Shown: one piece after another, positions 57,938 through 64,000 of the stretch
How the letters are laid out: every line of letters begins with the position of its first letter
Numbering within the stretch: the first letter of the stretch is position 1
NCBI GenBank assembly: GCA_965263035.1
Contig: OZ253580.1
Location: forward strand, 1,504,001 to 1,568,000
Length of the DNA stretch: 64,000 nt
Origin: Acidobacteriota bacterium
GTDB taxonomy: Bacteria > Acidobacteriota > UBA6911 > RPQK01 > JAJDTT01
Reading direction: 5' to 3'
Notes under the pieces: model-generated
Seen by the model: the letters and a program-made list of their open reading frames with translations, nothing else
Databases searched by the model: none
What the model was told of the DNA's origin: nothing
Position numbers and translations under genes: made by a program

Positions 57938-59431
57938 TCACTTGAACCGGAAGGAATAGAGATCGGCGTCCTGCAGGACCCAGCGCAGGCGGACCGTCTT
58001 TCCGGCGACTCGCCGGAGGGGTTTCGCACGAACCTTGCCTCCGTAAATCCACCCCGCCTTCCCCTCCAGCTCGTCCCCCCAGATGGGGACCGATTCGGTC
58101 AGTGAGAATCCGGGCACCGGGTTGCCGTTGCGGTCCTGGATCTCCACCTGGATGGAGCCGGCCGCGGAAGTGGAGTAGTTCAGGATCAGGTTCTCCCCAC
58201 TGAACCGGAACGGTTTCGTGATCAGCTCGCCGCCCGGATAGCCGGCGCTGGCGGACACGAAACCGTCCGTCCGCACCACCACGCGCTGTAGGTGAGCCGT
58301 GGGATAAGTGTAGTGCTGAACCGTGTAGAGGGAGATCTCCCCCGGCGCCGTGGGGACGATGCCCCGGGCCACGAAGCCGTTCCGGTGGATCCAGTTGCGC
58401 CGGTTCCTCCCGGGCCGGATGAAGGCTTCCATGAAGCGGTGCCAATGGACCCCGTCCCGGCTGCTCATGAACACGGCATCGGAGAGTCCGGCCCGCTCGC
58501 CGGCAAGGGCGGGATCCAGATGCCGGGGAATCCGGTAGGTCACGAAGCGCTTGGGAAAGGAAAGGTAGATATGGGGAGCGCGAAAATAGGGAACGGTGGC
58601 ATTGGTGTAGAGCTGTTCGGTAGGAGCGTCTCCATAGTCCACCCACCGGCCCTCGGACCATTCGACGAAGTCCTTGGAGGTTGCGTACTTGAGGGTCCGG
58701 ACCCCGTGGAGGAAATCCCGGTAGAGCGCCACGTAGATCCCCCGCTCGCCATCCCAGAAGGCCACGTTGTGGGAGTCGAAGGCGCCGTCGGTGATGACCG
58801 GAACTTCACGCATCCAGCTCCAGCGGATGCCGTCGGGAGAGGACAAGGCCACCAGACCCCGATGGTCCCCGGGCTTGGCGAAGGCCACCGCCTTGTAGCG
58901 GGCCTCGGCCGGCGCCGCCGGATTGTCGTCGCGGAAGGGATTCAGCTTGGCGGCGCCCCGGATCTCCAGGATATTGTTGTCCCGGGAGCCGTTGAACTCC
59001 ACCTGCCCCAATGAGGGACGGGTCCAGTGGACGCCGTCGCGGCTCTCGGCGTAGCAGGAGACCTTTTCGTGGGCGGCGACCCAGGTCTCCCCCGGCTCCA
59101 GCTCCTCCCGGTGGATGTAGTCGACCGCAGCGCTGCCCCGGTAGTACATCCGAAAGATTTCCCCGTCCTTGAAGACCGCCACGTGAAAGGGAATGTTCCC
59201 TTCCCAAGGTTGATCGAAGACGAAGACCTTCTCGCCTCGCTGGGGCTGCTGGACCTCCAGCTCCACCCCATCCATGGATTCGATGAGAGTATCGTCGACG
59301 AACAGCTCCAGACGGTTCCCCAAGTCGGGAACCGGGTCGGAACCGGCAGCCTTTTTCCCGTGACTCGACGCCTCGACGCCAGGCACGCCCATCAGAACCA
59401 GCAACACGAACATCCGCAAAATCGATTTCAT
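57938..59431 (-). CDS. Secreted beta-propeller glycoside-hydrolase-like protein, paralog of 54721..56376
   Basis: Signal peptide; ELFVDD, YAESRDGVHWTRP.LG, SPDGIRW, RTDGFVS, LYSFRF. Confidence 0.75.
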   Translation of the reverse strand: MKSILRMFVLLVLMGVPGVEASSHGKKAAGSDPVPDLGNRLELFVDDTLIESMDGVELEVQQPQRGEKVFVFDQPWEGNIPFHVAVFKDGEIFRMYYRGSAAVDYIHREELEPGETWVAAHEKVSCYAESRDGVHWTRPSLGQVEFNGSRDNNILEIRGAAKLNPFRDDNPAAPAEARYKAVAFAKPGDHRGLVALSSPDGIRWSWMREVPVITDGAFDSHNVAFWDGERGIYVALYRDFLHGVRTLKYATSKDFVEWSEGRWVDYGDAPTEQLYTNATVPYFRAPHIYLSFPKRFVTYRIPRHLDPALAGERAGLSDAVFMSSRDGVHWHRFMEAFIRPGRNRRNWIHRNGFVARGIVPTAPGEISLYTVQHYTYPTAHLQRVVVRTDGFVSASAGYPGGELITKPFRFSGENLILNYSTSAAGSIQVEIQDRNGNPVPGFSLTESVPIWGDELEGKAGWIYGGKVRAKPLRRVAGKTVRLRWVLQDADLYSFRFK

Positions 59432-59452
59432 GGATCCCTCCTTACCCGAACG

Positions 59453-60358
59453 CTACATGCCGAGCCGCCGGCTCGCCGGATCGATGATCCAGAGCCAATC
59501 GTCCGCGAGGAACTCCAGCCTCTGGGCCATCAGGGCGATGCGCCCCATCACCGTGTAGCCGAAGCCGGCCCCGAAGGTGATCATGAGGAACCAGATTCCC
59601 AGGCGCGAGACCCCTCCCACGACCCCCTTGTGCTCGATGGAAAAGAAAAAATAGACCAGACAGGACAAGACTCCGACCACGATGGTCAGATTCTGGAGGG
59701 AGGCCCAAAAGTCGAATCCCTGGGTCCCCACCACCACCAGGGGGAGAATCGTGCTCTGGATCTGCCGGATGAAATCGCTCTGCAGGTAGCCCAAGAGACG
59801 GATCCCCGCGGTGGCCCCGATGAAAAAGGCCAGCGACCAGCGGGAAACCCAGCCCCCGACCGGAGAGAGCCTCATCAACATCAGGACGCTCAACAGCAGC
59901 GGGACCAGGTAGATGAGTTCCTGCTCCTGGGATTCCGGCAGGCCCGGGAGCATCGAACCCCGGACCAGATCCGGGGCCAGCTTCCCGAACAGGTTCTGAA
60001 CGATGCCGGTCCAGAATCCGACGACCATCCAGTAGGCCGCCGAGACCCCGACGAAAATGGCCTCGGCCAGCTTGTAGAACGGATTGTCACCGTAGAGAAA
60101 GGAGAGGATGAAAAGCGTGAAGAGGGCGGCCAACCAAGTCCCCACGGTGCGGGACCAACTCACGCGCACTCCCTCTTCACCCTGCCGCTTGGGATCCACC
60201 CCGACGACCCGGCTCCACGTTTCCTGACCCGGCTCCTGGACTTCCACCGGCTGGTCTTGAACGTAGACCAGTCCCATGCCTCCCGTGGCCAGCCTCACCA
60301 ACAGGTAGATCCCGGCCAAAACCATCAACGTCGTCCAAACCCACCCGGATCGGCTCAT
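59453..60358 (-). CDS. Uncharacterised polytopic membrane protein
   Basis: About 7 TMs; SFLYGDNPFYKLAE, LMITFGAGFGYTVMGR; ATGA overlap with the upstream gene. Confidence 0.8.
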   Translation of the reverse strand: MSRSGWVWTTLMVLAGIYLLVRLATGGMGLVYVQDQPVEVQEPGQETWSRVVGVDPKRQGEEGVRVSWSRTVGTWLAALFTLFILSFLYGDNPFYKLAEAIFVGVSAAYWMVVGFWTGIVQNLFGKLAPDLVRGSMLPGLPESQEQELIYLVPLLLSVLMLMRLSPVGGWVSRWSLAFFIGATAGIRLLGYLQSDFIRQIQSTILPLVVVGTQGFDFWASLQNLTIVVGVLSCLVYFFFSIEHKGVVGGVSRLGIWFLMITFGAGFGYTVMGRIALMAQRLEFLADDWLWIIDPASRRLGM

Positions 60359-61215
60359 GACGTCACCCCCTGACGCCGCTCCCAGAAGTAGATGACGTTG
60401 CCCAGAACGATGAGCAGGATCACCAGCATGTGGGCCAGGAGCTGCGGGCCCATTCGCCGCAGCCCCTCCTGCGCCGTGTCATTGCCTATCAAGTCGGGAT
60501 AGAGGTCGATGACGGCCTGTTCGTATTCGGCCGCAGCCTTGATGGCGGCCAGCATACCGATCAATTGTCCCGGCACATAGGGATACAGCGTCGGGGCCGA
60601 GACTCCCGTCGTACCCCCGACGATCTTCAGGTCGTAGGGGGTCGCGGCATAAAGAATCCACTCCTTGACCCCTGGATAGCCGGCGCTCACGTTGACGATG
60701 AGGTCCATCTGGCGGATGTTTTTCAGGTTTCGAGTCAACGGCAGCTGGTCCAGACTGGCCCCGTCCACGTCGTTGGCGAAGAGTTTCTTCAGGTCTCCCA
60801 CGACGACCTTGATGACCCCCTCGCCGCCGGGGCGAAAACCCAGGTTCACGTAGTCGTGCCCGTACTCGTAGTCGGGAAACTCCCGTTTCAGGAGGTCGAT
60901 GCTCTCCTGAATCAGCGGCCCTCCGGTGGCCCAGAGCGTCAGGAAGTAGAGCTTGTGTTGCTTGTAGGCGCAGTGGCGAACGAAGGCGGCGGCCATGGGA
61001 CTCAGCTCGCCCCGGCTGGCGGGGTCGAAATCCCAGGCCATCAGGACGTCCGAGCCGTCGGGCAACTCCTCGATGGCCGAGCGGACGTTCAGGACCATGG
61101 GCGACGGGCTCTCGGGGAACCGGATTCCGAAGAGGAGCGGAATCAGAATGGACAACAGCATCAGGAAAAAGATCCAGCGCCGGTCCAGGTTGCGAAAGAA
61201 CTCGTTGATCTTCAT
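60355..61215 (-). CDS. Uncharacterised protein, TM-soluble alpha/beta domain-TM
   Basis: DRRWIF, YGHDYVNLGFRPGGE, YPY...GQLIG, AAEYE. Confidence 0.8.
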   Translation of the reverse strand: MKINEFFRNLDRRWIFFLMLLSILIPLLFGIRFPESPSPMVLNVRSAIEELPDGSDVLMAWDFDPASRGELSPMAAAFVRHCAYKQHKLYFLTLWATGGPLIQESIDLLKREFPDYEYGHDYVNLGFRPGGEGVIKVVVGDLKKLFANDVDGASLDQLPLTRNLKNIRQMDLIVNVSAGYPGVKEWILYAATPYDLKIVGGTTGVSAPTLYPYVPGQLIGMLAAIKAAAEYEQAVIDLYPDLIGNDTAQEGLRRMGPQLLAHMLVILLIVLGNVIYFWERRQGVTS

Positions 61216-61218
61216 GGG

Positions 61219-61905
61219 CTATTCCTTCGTTCCCAGATAGGATCGATCGACGCCCAGGAGAATCTTCAGAGAGAGGGAGACCACACCCAGGCCGATGCCA
61301 ATGGTGATGGCCCGGTTCCCCGCCAGGTTGAAGACGTTCATGATGGTGCTGGTGAGATTGTCGAACTGGAGCGCCTCGGGCAGCCATCCCGTCAGGGCCG
61401 TGCCGGCGTAGGTCCGCCCCACCAGTACGATGAAGGCCGTCGAGAGCAGGATGATGGCCTCGGGGTTCTTGGCTCGGAAGGCGCGAAATGCGGCCGAGGC
61501 GATGAAGCAGGCCAGCAGGGCGAACATCGTAGCCCCCAGGGGATAGAAGGAATACTGGTAGATGAACCAGAAAAAGCTTCCCTGCTGAACGTAGTCCCCC
61601 GACCAGGCGAACTGGGCAAACTGGGGACTGGGGTGAACCCCCATCTTCGCCATTCCCACCACCAGCGTCAGAAAGAAGGCGATAACGGTGACGGCCGCGT
61701 AACCCCAGCCGGCCCCCCGGTCCGATATCTTCTTCAGGTTGATCTTCACCAGGTTGGCGCCCCCCAGAATGAAGGCGATGGCGGCCAGGATGTCGAACCA
61801 GATCATGGCCTCCTCGCCCCAGGACTGGGTGTAGGGAACGAAGTGGGCGCCGATGAGGACGAACCCCGTAACCGCGGCAATGAGCAGGGGAAGAGTTCTC
61901 TTCAT
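61219..61905 (-). CDS. Uncharacterised polytopic membrane protein
   Basis: About 6 TMs; PLGATMFALLACFIASAAFRAFRAK, RAITIG, LKILLGVDR. Confidence 0.8.
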   Translation of the reverse strand: MKRTLPLLIAAVTGFVLIGAHFVPYTQSWGEEAMIWFDILAAIAFILGGANLVKINLKKISDRGAGWGYAAVTVIAFFLTLVVGMAKMGVHPSPQFAQFAWSGDYVQQGSFFWFIYQYSFYPLGATMFALLACFIASAAFRAFRAKNPEAIILLSTAFIVLVGRTYAGTALTGWLPEALQFDNLTSTIMNVFNLAGNRAITIGIGLGVVSLSLKILLGVDRSYLGTKE

Positions 61906-61917
61906 GGTGTGCTTTCC

Positions 61918-63138
61918 TTACCAGCCCTGGTTTCCCAGGACGTGATCGGTCAGATAGGCCAGCATCTGGCCCAGAACGGGAGCGTCGGTCAGGTAGGCGG
62001 CAGTGGCCAACAGGCATCCGGCGACCATCAGCGTTCCTCCCAGGACCTTTCCCACGTCCTGGCCCTTGAGGCTGCCCAGTTGGTGGCTTTCCCCGGAGAG
62101 GTAGGCGGATGCGGCGAACAGCTCCTCGCCGATGAGCGTGTAGTCGCACGCCGCCACGAAGAAGGGAAGCTGCGACGGCATGGCGGTTCCGGCCACCTGG
62201 ATCGCGCCGATGGCGTTCCCGGTCTCGGCCAGAATCAGCGACTCGGCGAAGAAGGCGCCCATGTAGAAGCAGGCGGCGGGCCGCTCCCGGAGCATTTTTC
62301 CGGTGACGCCGGCGACGTAGCCAAACTGCTCATCAGTGAGGTAATAGACCGAGTCCTCATTGTATGCATCCGGACGTCCGGCCGAAAGATAGGCTGCCTC
62401 TACGGTTTCCCGGCAGGCCGTCATCACCAGGGAACGGGAGGTAGGCACGTCCAGACGGGCGTCGAACTCGGCCGTCAATCCGGCGACCCGCGACAGGACC
62501 GTGACGCCGGCGAGGGTCTGCATGTCGTTAATGTCCAGAATCCCCGGAACATAGAGGCAGGACCGCCCCATCTCGGTGGCACGGCCCACGGCTTCGTCCA
62601 CCGCTTCCAACCCGGCAATTGGGCGAACCTTCAGCTCACGTCCGCTCCGGGCCAGTTGGATGAAGTAGACGACACTTCCTCCCACGATCAGCAGAATCAC
62701 ACCGAACCAGAGTTGGGAGAAGTCGAAGTACTGCATGACCGGCGTCACCGGATGATCGGTGACGATGGCGGCTGATCGAGCCCCGCCGGGCCCCAACGCC
62801 ACAACCTGGTAAGAGTAGCTGGTTCCCCGCCTGCACCGGTCGTCCTTGAAAGACCGGGTCCGGTACGTCTCTTTTCCGATCTTGATAAACGTTTCTTCCC
62901 CCGATTCCCGCCTCAGGATCTCGTAAGCGACGACCAGCCGTTCCCCGGGCTGGGGCCGGTCGTCGGGGGAGAGCTCCCACTCGATCCGCACCGCCTCCCC
63001 GGCGTCGTTGGGAAAGTCGACGGCCCGCACTTCACCCGGCGGCCGGGGGAGTTGCGCCAGGGCCGCGGAGGCCCCTCCCCAGAGGACGAAACCACCGGCC
63101 AGCACCGACGAGAGAATCGATTTGCCCATTTTGCTCAC
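61918..63138 (-). CDS. Fibronectin type III + DUF6754-like membrane protein
   Basis: Signal, FN3-like (D.PNDAG..V.IEW..S.DD, YEI.R, YSYQVVA), TM, RPIAGLEAVDEAVGRATEMGR, AESLILAETG, ACDYTLIGEELFAASAYLS; GTGA overlap with the upstream gene. Confidence 0.8.
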   Translation of the reverse strand: MSKMGKSILSSVLAGGFVLWGGASAALAQLPRPPGEVRAVDFPNDAGEAVRIEWELSPDDRPQPGERLVVAYEILRRESGEETFIKIGKETYRTRSFKDDRCRRGTSYSYQVVALGPGGARSAAIVTDHPVTPVMQYFDFSQLWFGVILLIVGGSVVYFIQLARSGRELKVRPIAGLEAVDEAVGRATEMGRSCLYVPGILDINDMQTLAGVTVLSRVAGLTAEFDARLDVPTSRSLVMTACRETVEAAYLSAGRPDAYNEDSVYYLTDEQFGYVAGVTGKMLRERPAACFYMGAFFAESLILAETGNAIGAIQVAGTAMPSQLPFFVAACDYTLIGEELFAASAYLSGESHQLGSLKGQDVGKVLGGTLMVAGCLLATAAYLTDAPVLGQMLAYLTDHVLGNQGW

Positions 63139-64000
63139 GCCTCGATCAACTCCACATTGGCCCGCGGCACGACCAGCCGCCGGCCCGATTCCGATTGAAC
63201 CTCCAGCACCCGCGCCCGGGACCCGGAGCCCAGGACCTGGGGTTCGGCCGGAAGCCGAGAGACCACGCCGATCAATCCGAAGTGAGGGTCCCGGATCACT
63301 CGAACCGGTGTCCCCAGTTCCAGCCTGCCGGCAGCACGCGTCTCGTCCACCTCCGCCGCGTCCCCGGGTGGCGACGGAATGACGATTTCCGGCCGCAGGA
63401 CTCCGGCCCGAATCTGAGTCGCGCCGTTGACCGATGCCGGATCCCCTTCCCGGGAGGCCAACAGTTGGAAGGTCTTGCGGGCCATGGCGATTCGGCCGAA
63501 CCCCTCGGTGATGATCAGGGTCGTCGCCACCGGTTCCGATCCGGTGATCGCGACCCCCAAGTCGTATCCGAGGATCTGCCGCAGGTCCGCGTCGTCCATG
63601 CCTCCCGAAACCAGGGCCGAGATACCGATCCGGAAGGCCTTGCGGACGGCTTCTCCCGTCATTCGGCTGCCGCCGACCACGACGGCCCCCTTCATCCCCT
63701 CGTCGAGCCGGCCGGCGGTCAAATCTTCCTCCTCGTCCCGGCAGGCCATGCGGACGGGTCCGAAGGCCTCCCCGCCGATCCCGAAGATCCCCTGGATGAA
63801 AGTGGCGTCCGACTCCAGCACGACCCCCTCTCCCGGGATCTCTTCGACCACCTGTCCGGCCAGGTAGGCCAGGACCCGGACCGGGATCGGCTCCCCCCGG
63901 AGGATGACCTGCCCCGTCACTTGGGAAATGGACTCGATGGTCCCGGCGACCTTGGCCCTGCACTCGGACTTGAACAACCCGAAAATCCCCTTGGTCCGAG
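63135..64000 (-). CDS. Uncharacterised soluble protein with C-terminal KOW-like domain (5' end outside the window)
   Basis: GTIESIS.VTGQV, IQGIFGIGGE, GYDLGVAITG, ITEGFG, GATQIRAGVLRPE, GTPVRVIRDPHFG.IG.V, VPRANVE. Confidence 0.8.
   Translation of the reverse strand, partial: RTKGIFGLFKSECRAKVAGTIESISQVTGQVILRGEPIPVRVLAYLAGQVVEEIPGEGVVLESDATFIQGIFGIGGEAFGPVRMACRDEEEDLTAGRLDEGMKGAVVVGGSRMTGEAVRKAFRIGISALVSGGMDDADLRQILGYDLGVAITGSEPVATTLIITEGFGRIAMARKTFQLLASREGDPASVNGATQIRAGVLRPEIVIPSPPGDAAEVDETRAAGRLELGTPVRVIRDPHFGLIGVVSRLPAEPQVLGSGSRARVLEVQSESGRRLVVPRANVELIEA

Noticed and set aside
57615-58661. Apparent 660-aa transposase with a long N-terminus
   Set aside because: The extension crosses intergenic DNA and an alternative frame of the upstream gene; the realistic start is ATG 57614.
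60430-62775. 781-aa plus-strand ORF
   Set aside because: Antisense to the membrane operon.

Overview
High-GC bacterial chromosomal window, Acidobacteria-like by gene content (Oar-type outer-membrane barrel, Ser/Thr kinase with TolB-like repeats, several BNR/beta-propeller glycosidases). Housekeeping and metabolic genes: recG (partial), ribA, ubiX, aguB/aguA, ilvB, pcm, nagA, recQ, asd, a cyclophilin and a xanthine-dehydrogenase-family Mo-enzyme operon. Accessory content: a FitAB/VapBC toxin-antitoxin pair, five full copies plus remnants of a ~160-bp palindromic MITE-like repeat (two with perfect 4-bp target duplications, one supplying the asd stop codon), and a RAYT-like HUH transposase bracketed by short repeats. 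The strongest candidates for undescribed systems are (1) a tightly packed, uncharacterised membrane-complex operon at the right edge (KOW-like soluble protein, FN3+DUF6754-like protein, three further membrane proteins), (2) a GlmU-like nucleotidyltransferase fused to a GHMP kinase resembling plant galacturonokinase, flanked by nagA and an MFS permease, and (3) an Oar-type TonB-dependent-like barrel apparently lacking its plug, downstream of a secreted unknown protein. No rRNA, tRNA or CRISPR array was recognised. All family calls come from motif recognition by eye, not database searches.
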